Notes under the pieces: model-generated
Told to the model about the DNA's origin: nothing
Database searches by the model: none
The model's input: only the letters and a program-made list of their open reading frames with translations
Translations under genes and position numbers: made by a program
Assembly: GCA_027604505.1 (NCBI GenBank)
Contig: JADIIX010000041.1
Coordinates: 1 to 64,000 of the forward strand
Direction of reading: 5' to 3'
DNA from: Gonapodya sp. JEL0774
Lineage: Eukaryota
DNA length: 64,000 nucleotides
Part shown: positions 51,589 through 64,000 of the stretch, in pieces
Layout of the letters: every line of letters starts with the position of its first letter
How positions within the stretch are numbered: the first letter of the stretch is position 1

Positions 51589-52785
51589 ATGATAAGGCCT
51601 AATCTCCTCGACAAGATGCTGAGAGTCTCAAGGATAAACCATGTCTCGACCAGAGTCTCATTCTTCATGAGACCTGTAACTGCATCCGCTGTATCCACAG
51701 CGAAGGTTCCATTCGAAAGCATCAAACAAGAAATGGACCGTCTGACACTGGAGGTGGGCAAGAGCGAGAAAGTCTTGGTATCTATTTCTGTCATTAGCGA
51801 ACGTGACCCTCCTTTGTACCCATTCCCAACTCGTGACATTGGGATTCGCTATATAAATTTAATACAAGCAGGATGTTGTTGAGATGAGTGACGGATCAAA
51901 GCAGTGGTATAAAGACAGTCATGGAATCACAGTAGAGGGTGCGTGCGAACAGGTGTTCTTCATAGCTTTCCGACTCATTTTCGTTTCTAAATGTAGAAGC
52001 TCTCAGGGCTGCCGGAGGGATCAAAGAAGCTGAATGGCTGGAGCGTGCTCGGCGAACGAGCTCCAAGCCAATGGAGCTACCAGTGAGCATTATGATGGAG
52101 TTTTGCCGACTTTCCTTCCTTTCTGTTTCATCCAACCTCATCACAATGTATATCAGTCTCGCAGTGACCATGATATCATGGAAGAAGTACCATCATATAT
52201 TGTTTCTTTGTGTTTCCATTATTTGACTTCCATACCACGAAGGTCGAACTCGAGAATGCGGCAATGGCTCAAGCAAAATATGATCACCGTAAATCTTCTC
52301 CAATGGAGCCGGCAAGTTTGAGTGACCACGATGTGATAGACGAAGTTGTAGAGTACGACAATATTGAGGGAGCGATCAAGAGAAAGGTGCAGAGAGAAAT
52401 GCGGGGAATGGACGCCGCGGTTTGTACATTTGAATGTGGTCCATACCAAACATTTGCTCATAGCGCTTCAACTTGGTAGTCTCTCAGCGACCACGATACA
52501 ATCGATGACTTAGTTGAATACGAGAACATTCGATCTGCCGACGAGAAGATCTCTGCGCGGAAGCGGAGCGCTTGTAAGTCTGCGTTCGTTGAACACTCTT
52601 GACGACGTCCAGAGTTGGATCCTCAACAGTCGTCTGTCTCACCTGTTGCACCGTCTGGTCCTTTTCCACTGACCGAAACTCCTCCCCTTCCTTACGTGCC
52701 GTACCACGAAGGAAAGGAAATGAAGAAAAAAATAGTGGAAGAATCCAGAGATTATTGAAAGCCTTTGCGTGCAAATTACATTAGG
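51589..52785 (+). CDS. Hypothetical protein, possibly mitochondrial, with a duplicated 17-aa motif (3' end uncertain)
   Basis: Arg/Ser-rich N-terminus MIRPNLLDKMLRVSRINHVSTRVSFFMRP; GT-AG-joined exons; SLSDHDxIDxxVEYxNI occurs twice. Confidence 0.45.
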
Positions 52786-52832
52786 ATTGTACAAGGAATG
52801 CAAGAATCGGGGTTTACAAAACAAAACATTAT

Positions 52833-55800
52833 TCACTCGAACCCGTAAGTCGCTCTACCAATCAACCCTGGGGAGTTGCGAAAAGTCGTAAGAACAGGGA
52901 TCAGGCCTGGTCAATCAATCAATGCACTCACGAAGAGTCGAGCGAGATCTCCCTCCGTTAAACGAGCCATTTGTCCTTCTGCGCCTTCCCCAAGCACACC
53001 CTGAGAGAGTGCCTTTTTCGAGCGTTGAAGGTCAAGAATACGGGTCTCCACACTGTTCGCAACTGTCAGGCGGAATACTTTAACCTAGATGAACCACAAT
53101 AGCAAAGTAAGAAGTACGAATCGAATCAGAGTCCGAATTGCTTTCTTCACACCTCTTTCATCTGCCCGATTCGGTGCACACGATCCTGATATGTGTCAAC
53201 AAAAAAAAAAGTGAAGAAACAAAAAGATTACCAACACCTGGTCAGGAAACCCCTCCAAGATTCCACTTACTACTGCTTGATCTTCCAGTGCGGGATTCCA
53301 CCATACATCCAGCATTATAACTCGTGAGGCGGATGTCAAGTTGAGGCCAACTCCCCCACACCGGAGGGAAACCAGAAGAACAAATGTCGTCTCATCATGT
53401 TCTAAATCATTGAGAGAGTTCTCTCTCTCTTGTGCCTTCATCGCACCATCGTATCGGTGCCATGAGATGTTTTCCCGTTCCAAGCCCTTTTCGACTTGAT
53501 CCAAAAACGATGTGAACTGTACGAGACAAGCAGTGTGTCAAACCATACCATTCATCGGGACAAACGACAAGCGCACCTGTGAAAACACGACCGTTTTACT
53601 TCCCGGATCCTCCTCCTGGATTTGCTTCAGTATTTCAAGAAGTCTGTCGATCTTTGTGCTAGAAACCCATTCAGAGTCTCCCGATCGGATAACCATGTTC
53701 GTCTATCCGAAAAATGACGCAAGTAATCAAACAAAACGTAAACCGATGAAACACCGCAGTGCTTGCTCACAATCGCTTCGTTGTCCTTAGCTTGCTGCGC
53801 CTTGAGTTCCTCTTCGTTTATTCGCGCTTGCTCCGCCAGTGTTTTACCTTTCATCGTCTCTTTTGCATTTCCCTCTGCACCCTCGGCTTCCCGCTTCTTC
53901 CTGGCTAAATCCCGAGCAGCCAACTGCGCAAGTTGCTCGAATGTGAGGAAATCTTCTTCTTCGTTGAGCACTTGGTAAGCACGTTGCACGAAAATCACGT
54001 TAGCGACGTATTCGATACAAACGGACTCCAGCGCTCTGCTCACAGTCGAGAGGGTCCACTTCGGGAATAAATGCTGCAGTGGACACATACATATTTGGCC
54101 TGCCCGATTCAAAGGCGCGTTAAACCAAGGTGGCAAACGAAACCAATACATCTCACGCACAGGATGAAAGTTCGGCAAATGGGGCACGGCCTCGCCCTCG
54201 GATCTTCCTCCTCCTCAGGGTGGAAGTTGATGGCATCGCTAGAGATCACGTTTAATTAACGGACAGTGTTACAGCCCAAGAAATAACCCACGAACAGATT
54301 TGGCACTGACCTGGTGAACACCTGCTCGATGCACTCTTTGCAAAAGGGGTGACCACATGATGTAACAACACCGTTACTCAAAACGCTATTTACCGAGTCA
54401 AGTTTAAAATGTGAGCAAGCCATTCAGGCCCAGTTCAGCGCCGGGAAACTCACTCTGTGCACACAGGGCACTCGCCATCAAATGCTCCTTCGCCATCTCC
54501 CTTCTGCAACGATTTCTCTTCACCTGCTTTGCACAACCTCGCAAACGTTGCTGGTGACATGATCCTTCGTGCTTTCTGGACCTCAGCGAGCAGTTCCGGG
54601 GTCATATTGTCCTCATTTGCAACGCGAGGGCGATTTCCAAGTAACGTTCGGCCACCTGCCCGCGAGGCGACTTGCCGTTGATCCTGTCCACGCTCGTTAG
54701 CAGGGAGCCCAAGCATGACCTGTAGCAGTTGATTATTATTCTCCTGATCAAGCGCATGCTGTCGGTCGTCATTGCTGCCATTGTTCAAATTGCGCATTGC
54801 ATCCCGTAGAACAAGGAATGGGTGATCCGCAGCTAAAGCGGCAAGCAAATGTGAGTGTCCTACCCCATTGACTATCCTTCTCCGTGCAGGGAGCTCACCT
54901 TGACGCAATCGAAGTAGAAGCACCAAAATGTTGCTGTAGTGCTTCATAACCACGCCCTCCTTGACATACTTATTGAATTGAAGTCTTGCTCGCCGCTCCA
55001 GTGCCTCGTAAAACGCTCTTTCATCCTCAGAGAAATGAACTGCCTCCTCGAAGACCGTTTTCGGCGGCAACGTTAAAATGAGATTACCCTCAGCATCTTT
55101 CTGGGTTTTGGTGCGCCGTAGCAGGACACCCTTCAGGACTTGTGAGGAAAAATTGCGAGGATACATTTTGCAAGTGTTATGTCTCGCTTCACCATATTGG
55201 CAGACCAGAGAAAGGCACACATGGCTCACTTTGTTGCAATCTGGCTATTGCCTTGCGCGTGGAAACGTTCAGAATGGCTTTTCGGAACGTTTGGTGACTG
55301 CTGAAGACGGGAACACGGAGGAAGCGAAACAGGGACCACAACTCATCCAGGTTGTTTTGAATTGGTGTTCCAGACAGACACCATCTGTTCATAGCATCCA
55401 ACGCCGCCGCCGCCTTGGACGCCCTCGTGTCCTTCCCCTTGACGTACTGAGCTTCGTCCAGTACCACCCTCCACCACGTCACACGGAAGAGCGCTCCCGC
55501 AGGAACTCTCTTGGCGGCCGCGGCGGGCAATGCCTCCCACGCCTCGTGGTCCATGACGTCACCTGGTTTGACGGGACTCATGGGAGCCTCTGAAGCCAAC
55601 GTGGCGTATGTTGTGATGACGACGTTGTAGGTGGCGAGTTCCGCCGGAGAGAGTTTGTTTTTGCCGTGGTAGGTGGCGACTCTAAGTTTTCCTGAGCCAG
55701 CGTGCTTACCGATCTCCCGCTGCCACTGTGCACCAATGAGAGATAAAATTCCGAGGCGAGCACGGTGCAGAATGAGAGTGAGTGAACTCTGACTTTGGCT

Positions 55801-57800
55801 CCCGCCTCTCTCAAGTGTTCAACGTACCTGCCCAATAAGTGACAACGGGCATACAATTAACGTAGAGTCGAATGTAGGGTGTGGGTTATGGAGGATGAGG
55901 GCGATCGTCTGCACGGTCTTGCCCAGTCCCTGAAAATGCGTCGTTCGAAACCAGTGAAGAGAGGTCAGTTCGAAGAGCACCGCGCATGGATTCAGAGTAT
56001 ACAAAGCCCGTCCACACCCCTTCCAACACCCCTTTCTCGATTCCCCGACCTCGCACACTGCAACCCACCATATCGTCCGCAAGGATTCCTCCTCTGAGTT
56101 CCTTATCCTCCTGGGAGGTCATCCAGTGCAATCCAACGAGTTGGTGTTCCATTAAGTCGCACCGGAGACCAATTACGCGGATACTAGCCAGATGGAAGGT
56201 GGGATCAGTCAGCAAAGGGTTCCAAGAAAGAATGTTCCGTCGCTACACAATAGGGAACTCTCCGCGCATCCTCGCACATTTCCAACTCACTCTGCCCTCT
56301 CTGGGTAATTCTTCCCCGGGGGCGATCTCTTTGTGGGCTTCATTTTCTGCACCTCGCCTGCCCCATCTTTGGCCTTCTCTTTGCCCTTGTCAGAACGCTC
56401 TCCGACCATGTTGCGCCAGCTTCGCTCGAGGCGGATTTGGCGTGTGATGGGGGCAACAACGTCCTGGTTGAAACGAGGTGCGGTAGAGTTCGAGTAGATG
56501 GAGTAGTTGGAAGTGATGAGCTCCACAAAGCAAAAAGTCCTCGCGACACCTCGCCTCCAGGACTTCCAAGACCGAGAGAACTCACCGAATCCGCCACAAT
56601 CTCCACCAATCGCGCCACTTCGTGGTCCTCCAAATCCCTTCGCCCCGGCATGTTGGCGAGCAGGCCCTCCAAATCTTTGTCCAGCGCACAGCGATTCCCG
56701 TCTTCGTCGTCGGAGAAAAGCTCCCCCTTGATGCCGGGCTCCGGTTTGATGCCGAGGGCAACTCCGCCTGGGTTGGCAGGGAGGGCGCGCGGAGGGGAGG
56801 GCAACGAGGGCCGAATAATTGGAGCTGGGGGAAGAACGGGATGAGGAGGAGGTGGCAGTGGCGGTGGTGGTGCGCGCACGAAGGTCATAGAAACGTCTTG
56901 CATTTCTGTGAGGTCGATGATTTCTTCGTCCTCCTCATCTTCGTCGTCGCTGTCAACAATCGTTTGTGCAGCTGTGACGATGCGGGTTGGAACAACGGAT
57001 ACGGGTGGCGGTGCGGGTGCTGGTGCGGGTGCGGGTGGGAGAGGTGTGGTAAGCGAGAGGAGCGTTCGCGCGACTGGTGATGGCTGCACAGAAGGCCGTT
57101 GGAGAGGTGACCTAAGTGGTACCGGAGGAACTGAAGGAGACGATGCTGGGTTCCGTCTAGCCGGATTCGTGGCGGTCTCATCATCACTGTCCAAAATCAT
57201 TTGAATGTCGTCTACAGGAGCTATGGGTGGTAGGGCTTCAGCAACCGTTCGTGGAGCTGCAGGCGGCGAACGTTGGACAATTTTCACAGGAGCAGTGGAA
57301 GCGACAACTTGAGGTACGGGTGCGGACGGCACGGCAACTTGCTGGACTGTATGTGGGGCGAATCTGATAATCAGAGGTGGAGCAGCCGAAGCGATGGCGG
57401 GAGGAGAAGGAGCGAGGGACGGTTTGCCGACCCCATCTTGGGGCTCCCAAGCAATCGCTGCAGGATGCACCAATGGAGTGGTAGCTTTAGAAGCACGCGC
57501 CGGCGTCCGTCGAGCCGAGCTTCTCGTTGGTATAGTTGTCGTCGACTTTAGCGGGAATGAAGGAGAATCGTGAACAATTGTTTGCACATTCGGGCTGCAT
57601 GAGCGGGGAGCGGCCGCTGCTGTTCCCCTGCGGCTCCTTGTTGACAGTGCGGGCGATGCCGTGTTGCTGTCAATTTGGGCTGGTCCCAGCGGCAGCTTGC
57701 GACGTTGAAGTGTAGTGGATCCGGTGTCCAGCTCCAGAGCGAATGCAGGATCACCAGCGGGAGCAGGTGGATCGATTCTGCGACGTTTAGGATTGGGCAT
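52833..57800 (-). CDS. SNF2-family ATPase with RING finger and SUMO-interacting motifs (Uls1/Rrp1/Rrp2/Rad5-16 group)
   Basis: GGILADDM|GLGKTVQ, TLIVCP, WWRVVLDEAQ, RWCLSGTPIQN, LLRRTK, ILVLLLRLRQ, RING ECPVC...CGHPFCKEC...CPICR, VFSQF, RYDG, GGVGLNLTSA, WWNPALEDQA. Confidence 0.92.
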
Positions 57801-58539
57801 GATTTTTCTTTTGAAACTGTGTCAGAGAGAGGATGAATATTGATTTCTGGAGCAAGGGGGGAGCCCGTCAATGTCGGGGTTGAAATCGGCGGACAACCGA
57901 TTTTTCTGCGATGGGCCCGCAATCGATTGCAGAACACGGTGAAATGTAATGTGATCCAGAGCGGAATCGATGAGATGGCCTGGTGCAGTGCGACTGTGTG
58001 ACTGTGGGACTGTGAGGCCCATCCTTCCATTGGTCCGGCTCTGGTCGAGGAGTGGACCGTGCATCGGGTTTCATCGTTGCACCATGTGGGCAAGTATAGC
58101 TCGTTAGAAGGACCCTTCCCTTCCTGTCCATCAAGTTTGCTCGGGCTCATGTAAATAGAGAACTGGGCAGTAATAGGAGCGACACGTCGCGAAGCACGAC
58201 AACACCCATCCAACACATTGTATAAATTCATGGGTTTATACTATGAGCACGGTCCAGATAAGAGAGAGAGTATCCACGTAATGAGTTATTTAATTCATGC
58301 ATGTTCATTATGTAAGTACTCATGTGATTCTGTTTTTGATGGTGCAAAGTACACGTCATGGGACCACTTCGAAAATCACATGCAAATAGTTGAATGGGCT
58401 CAGACCTTATAAGGGGCTTCTCCCAAACCAAATAACTCTTCTTTCATTACTACGAAACCTTTCTCTCGCTTTCCACCTCATAAGCACTTTTCAAATTCCC
58501 GCGTCTGCTTCTTCGCTCTCCACCGCTCTCTATCCAAAC

Positions 58540-59963
58540 ATGACTTCCATCGCTTCCCGGGTCCAACCTGTCGTCGAAAACGCTGTCGCAACTGCTGGTG
58601 AAATCGGAAAGAAGTGAGCCCTTCCCTTTCTCTTCACTTCATTCTTCTTGATCTGCTTCGCCCGGATTCACTTCGCGCTCTCGTCTTCGTCGTCCCGTTG
58701 ACCTGTCCTCGGCTTGTCCCTTTCTTGCCTCCACCACCCGCACTTCCCTCGTCTATCTCCAACAGATACATTCCCGAGCCATACTACACCCAAGGCACTG
58801 AGGCTGCCAAATCCGCATACTCCGTGGCGGAGAAGTACGCTACCGGATCGTACGAAGGTCGGTTGCTGTTTGCTGTTTGGATGTGCCCCGCAAGGCTGTT
58901 TGGTAATCTTGTTCTGATTTCGCCCGCCTCCCCGATTTTTCAATTCACCTTCCACCAATCGACTTCAACTTCGTTAGCTATTCAAAAAACCCGCGCCGAT
59001 GTTGAAAAGAGGGTGACCGACACTCGGGACTTGGCGGTCAAGTGAGTTTCCCCGACCGCGTCTCCAAAAAACTTTGGGAAATCTCCTCTCTACCCTCTTG
59101 TGTTTCTCACCTTCGATGTTCCATCTTTTTCATACTATTAAACTGCAGAACTGCTCAGAACTCTTACGAAGCATATGTTCCTGTCCCCGTCAAACAAACC
59201 GTCGAGTCCACCCTCGCTGCCGCCACTCAAGCTCGCGAAGTCGCCACCAAGCGCGTAGAGGATGCGCAAAAGGCAGCTGTGGACGCTCAGAAAATGGCTA
59301 TCGGGAAGGTGGAGGAAACCAGGCAATTCGCTGTCGCAAAGGCTGCGGAGGCACAACAAGTCGTGACGGCCAAGGCTACTGAGGTGAGTTTGTAGCTTCA
59401 AGAAGGTAAAGAAATAATGGGAATCTTCCCAAGGAAAAAAGCCTCAAAGTCAAGCAGTTGCCGGTTGCCGGTTTTGCCAGCGTGTCTGGGGGGCTTGCGA
59501 TTGTGATACATCTGGTTTGAAAAATGGTTATACGAGGGTGTTTTGTTGTTTGTCCGCGACAACCTTTCGGTCGTTTCAGATGGACCTGTCTCATCGCACT
59601 CCATATCCATCAGGCATCCCAAACCGCCTACAAAGCCGCTGAGCCTTACATCATTCCCGTCCAAACTAAGATTGTCGAGTTGATTAAAGAGTACAAGCTC
59701 GACGAGCGTGTGACCACCATTGTCAAGGAGTACAAACTGTGAGCATGAAGTTGCACCGAGGCTCCGTTGTTGTGATGACGCTTCGGCTCACCTCTCGCCG
59801 TGCCCTTCTTTTACTTCATTCAAATAGTGACCAACGAGCCGCCGAGATCGTCACATTCCTTGAGCACCGTGGCATCCCCGTTCCAAAAGCCGTCAAAGAA
59901 TATCTTCCCATCGTGTCCCAACCCGAGGAAGCGAAAGGCAACGGCGTGAACGGCACTCACTGA
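58540..59963 (+). CDS. Ala/Lys/Glu-rich amphipathic-helix protein (perilipin/LEA-like)
   Basis: Six spliced exons from MTSIASRVQPVV to GVNGTH*; 11-mer-like periodicity (AREVATKRVED / AQKMAIGKVEE / TRQFAVAKAAE); C/T-ending codon bias. Confidence 0.7.
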
Positions 59964-60278
59964 ATGCTGTTTGTTGTAGCCCACGATGCGTGATTCGGAG
60001 GTTGCCCTTCTTGTCTCTCACCTCAGAGGTTGTGAGAAATTTCCATTTAGTTTTGCATTGTAGTTTCTCGCTTCGATTTGGACATCGCCAATAGAGAGTT
60101 TGTTGATCTCTGTCATTTACATACGTAATAGGAGGTTGTTTGTAACGCAGGAAAACTTGGTGGTGAAGGAGTTACGGTATCGGTTCTGAACGTCCCGATA
60201 TGCAAAAGCACTTTCCCTTTGAAAGCAGCCAAGACACTCGAGCATCCCCACCGAAAGTATCATTGTCATCTAACTTCG

Positions 60279-61594
60279 ATGACCATCGACAAGAGCCCCG
60301 CTCAGCAACCGCCGTCGCCCTCCCGGGGGATATTTTGGCCTTTACAAAACATCGTTCAAATGATCCTCTTATCAGACGTCCCCGATAAGCAGAATCGAAA
60401 CACCTCTTCAGGCGATACGCCTAAACCACCTTTGAAGCCATATCTGTTGAATCCCGTGGATCACCTGCTTGCGGTTTCGGGGGGCATTCCACGATTCGCT
60501 ATTGCGTTACTCATCTGGCAAAGTCTCCACGTGACGATTTCTACCAAGAATACCACGGACTACACGTGGATTTGGAGTGTCATCGTACGAGATTTGATCA
60601 TCAACTGGAGTGTTGGCATTGGTTGGGACTTTCTGATGTACAGCGGATCAGCACTCTCGACAAAGATGAGATCACGCAAGTTCAATCCTGTGAGCATCAC
60701 TCGGGATCGCTGACACAAAAAGATTATTACAGAGCATTACTATGTGGAATCTAGATATATCCTTCGCGGAGCCAATTCATTCATGATTTTTGTTGGACCA
60801 CGGTGTCAACTCTCATCTCCTCACTGCTCGAGATTGCTTGCATTCAGTTCCTATGGTTTCATACTTACTTTTGGAATTGGTGGCAAGATCCTGTGACTCT
60901 CGCCTGGCTCCTCACAATGCTTCACGTACGACTCTTTCATTTCTACTTCATTCACCGTGCGATACATCCATGGAGGACGGCAAGTTCAGCCTCGCAAATA
61001 TCCAACGGAATACTGAGAGAGGTGGTGAAAAGGGTCCCGGACGTTGGAAGTTTTCTCTACAGGTTAGTGATCTTTGAGATCAGTAATGGAGCTCATCATT
61101 CACAACGAGCCAATATTTACTAGAAATGTCCACTCTCTCCATCACAAGAGCTATAATCCGACCGCACTGAGTGGAATCTCTATGCATCCCATAGAATCGT
61201 TCGCGTACTATACCGCAGCCTTGATTCCGGTTGCATGCGGCGCCCACCCCCTCGTGTTTCTGTTTTACAAAATGGATCTTACACTGGGCGCATTGACCGG
61301 CCAGTGAGTGCTGTCGCACCTTCGCTTCCAGTATCGCAAAGCGAGAACACATTTCTCACCATCCCTCTCCTAAGTGACGGCTTTTCTGCACCGGGCACTG
61401 CTTCCTACAATCACTGGCTACATCATTCGAAGTTTGAGGTACAGTCGTCGCAAAAATGAGAAAGTCTATGCTATCTGACGCAATAATATGTCTATTGCGT
61501 GCAGATCAACTATGGTGAAAATCTTGTACCTCTGGATTGGCTTTTTGGAACGTTTGGTGATGGAGATGCCAAAGCTCCTGCTAAAGAGAATTAA
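60279..61594 (+). CDS. Fatty acid hydroxylase / sterol desaturase superfamily di-iron enzyme
   Basis: His boxes HFYFIHRAIH, VHSLHH, GISMHPIE, HWLHH, NYG...LDWLFGT. Confidence 0.9.
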
Positions 61595-61648
61595 TTTTTG
61601 ACGTTTGGGTCTGTCGCACTCTGTACATATCTGTAATTTACCAATAAA

Positions 61649-63031
61649 TCACAATGCAGCAAGCTCCGAGACAAAGTACGTGCGATTTCTCTTCGCCCAC
61701 TCTTCAATTGTCAGTGCCGGCCGTCCAACTATTTCTTCAATGATCTCGGGGTACACGGGAGGTTTGAACGGTTTTGCTCCAGGAGCCCTGCTGGCCCGTT
61801 GCGCCAGCTCCCGTGCGTCTTGTAAGTTGTGCCGAAGGGAAGCGAAGTAAGCGAGCCGACCTCCATCCTGGGGATCCACTTCAAGAGCCTCATTGTAGAG
61901 CTCCTCTGGCGCCATGAACTTGGCCTTCAAAGGACTGATCGACAACGTGGAGGAGATTGTGGCAAGCGCGGCCTCACTGCATCCGGGGATCGTTGGTCAA
62001 GAGGAACCAGTTATTCTCTTCCCTCTCTCATTACTCACACTGAAGATGTCTCGGCAAAAAGCCGATGGCGCTTTCCCGTGTGTCCATCGGGATTCAAGAG
62101 ACAACTGATTGAAAATGCAATCAGCGTCATCCAGCAATTCGACTGTATGTGAAACCTCACCAAGCCGCCACATCGCCGATATCCTGGCAAGCAATAAATG
62201 GCAATATTGTGTTTGGAACACCCATGACGGCAACGACACCTAGAGTAAACACAAGCACACAAGTACTGTCTGGTAAGTGTTAACACAAGATTGCTCAATT
62301 TCACCTACCATCCTTCACTCGGCGTCTCCCGTTGTATGTCACCAAATTCTCAGTAAAATAGCCAGGCTGCAAAAAAGTCCACCGATTGGGTAGCTTCATT
62401 TCGATGTAACTATCAATAAGCTCTGGATTGCGGAATGGATGAGGTTTCATATAAAGTTTTAATATATTCGTGGGATGGGACCAACCATGCCATCCGATGT
62501 GTTGCACGAACACACTCCGAGGTGGATCCGCTGTAAGATGAACGAAATGGGATACATCTGCCCGAGCGATCTTTATGTTTGATGATCATTCTTGGGTACA
62601 GTTTGTTTGATTCGAACACATACCAGCACTCGCGGCAGCGTCGATGAACCATTTGGCCTGATGCATCATAGCAGCTGTATAGCCATTCATGAAAAACACG
62701 GCATCGACCCCTTGATGAAGTGGACAGAACCATCTACAGATCGGAACAATACAACCCGAAGCCGAAAGTAACACACACCATTCAATACTTTCTTGAACGT
62801 CCTCGGTTCATCCAAATCCAGCACTCTCCACTCATGCGCAAGTCCATCTGCAACGAGCCGTTCCGCCTTCTCCCTTGACCTGGCGGTTGCGATCACTTTG
62901 ACCTTCCGACCATGAACTCGAAGAGACGGCTCCACAGAGAGACGAGACTGGAGATGCCGGAGACAGTAGGACCCGACAAGGCCAGTGCCACCGAGGACTA
63001 AAATCGCCCAAGATGGTTCGGGTGAAGTCAT
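61649..63031 (-). CDS. NmrA-like NAD(P)-binding (atypical SDR) protein
   Basis: ILVLGGTGLVG, LDLDEP, HIGWH, WTFLQPGYFTENL, IVGRPALTIEEWA. Confidence 0.88.
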
Positions 63032-63094
63032 GTCTATGTCGGAATATTTGGGGGACCCACACATGTGTCACCGCTGTCCAATATCAATACACTT

Positions 63095-64000
63095 TTAGAG
63101 CTTGGAAGTCGAGCTCATTTCAAACCAATGCTTGTTCTTTAAAGCCCAATCTGCTACCCGCAGTGGCTTACGTCCGCATATTCTCTCCACCACTTCAGGG
63201 AAAACGGGTGCCTGCTTTATCGGTCTCCCCCCCACAGCTTGTGACTGCTTGACTCTCTCTTCCAGTCCGGCCATTGTCACACCCATGAGATCTCGAATGC
63301 ATGCAAAATACGCCAAGCGACCACCGTCGCGAGGATCAGTTTCGAGTGCTTCGTTGTACGTTTCTTCTGCGCTAAGTGTCTTCACAGACAACTGCTTCTG
63401 AAGAACTCGCGAGATCGTCTTCAGCGCATCATTACTACGCAGAGCAAACGATCAATAGTCGAAGTCTTTCAAGGAGTTGAGCGAACACTCACATTGTCGA
63501 TACCTCAGTTAAAAGATGATGTGTCTTCCCAACGTGTGAGTTCGGATCCAAGAGACAACTAAAATCCAATTTCACGTGTTATTGTGATACTTAAATCTGC
63601 CCGAACAAACTGATCTCACCACGCCGCCACCTCCCCAATATCTTCGCATGCAATCCATTGAATAGGTGCATTGGGGTTGCCCAGTACAGTCACTAACCCT
63701 ACAAGAGAACACAAAGAGTCAGTCATCACTGCAAAAGGTGTCCTCCTGCCAGGTACTTACCGTCGTTTACTCGTTTCCTCCCATTGTAAGAAACAATATT
63801 CTCTGTAAAGTAACCAGGGGCAAGAAGGGTCCACTTGTTCGGAAGCTTAACTTGAATGTAAGAGTCGATAAGTTCTGAAATCCGCAATATATGTTATGCA
63901 GTTACTCCGAATTTGTCCGTTTTGGGCGTTTGAGAGCACACCCACCATGCCAGGCGATATGCCCCACAAACTGATTTTTTGGAACATCTGCAGAAAGGTG
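63095..64000 (-). CDS. NmrA-like paralog (tandem duplicate; 5' part beyond the window)
   Basis: WTLLAPGYFTENI...YNEALETDPRDGGRLAYF...PVFPEVVERICGRKP..VADWA, closely matching the downstream gene. Confidence 0.88.

Overview
Eukaryotic, intron-rich, gene-dense DNA from a fungus. An intact IFT43 gene together with the alpha-aminoadipate lysine enzyme LYS9 points to a zoosporic, chytrid-grade lineage; the species cannot be fixed from sequence alone. About 22 spliced genes can be reconstructed by eye: NPL4 (5' partial), eEF1B-gamma, IFT43, RPB7, an LRR-TM-SH3 receptor-like protein, a claudin-like protein, a GH43 beta-xylosidase next to a sugar porter, an NSUN-type RNA methyltransferase, a Rieske-type oxygenase lacking its 2Fe-2S motif, a membrane hypothetical, LYS9, TOP2, PSE1/importin-5, RXT2, CCDC137-like, acetyl-CoA synthetase, a TM-SMP-START-GOLD protein, IES6, a ULS1-like SNF2-RING ATPase, a perilipin/LEA-like protein, a fatty-acid-hydroxylase-family enzyme and two tandem NmrA-like genes. 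Three intronic snoRNAs with recognisable rRNA-complementary guides lie in eEF1B-gamma and PSE1 introns. Splicing is unusual: G-rich-5'/C-rich-3' introns, 6-22 nt microexons, many AAG acceptors and a GC-AG intron. There are four 10-N assembly gaps. No tRNA, rRNA, CRISPR or transposon was recognised. Gene spans include introns and were derived manually, so some ends are approximate; family and snoRNA assignments come from recalled motifs and rRNA sequence, not database searches.
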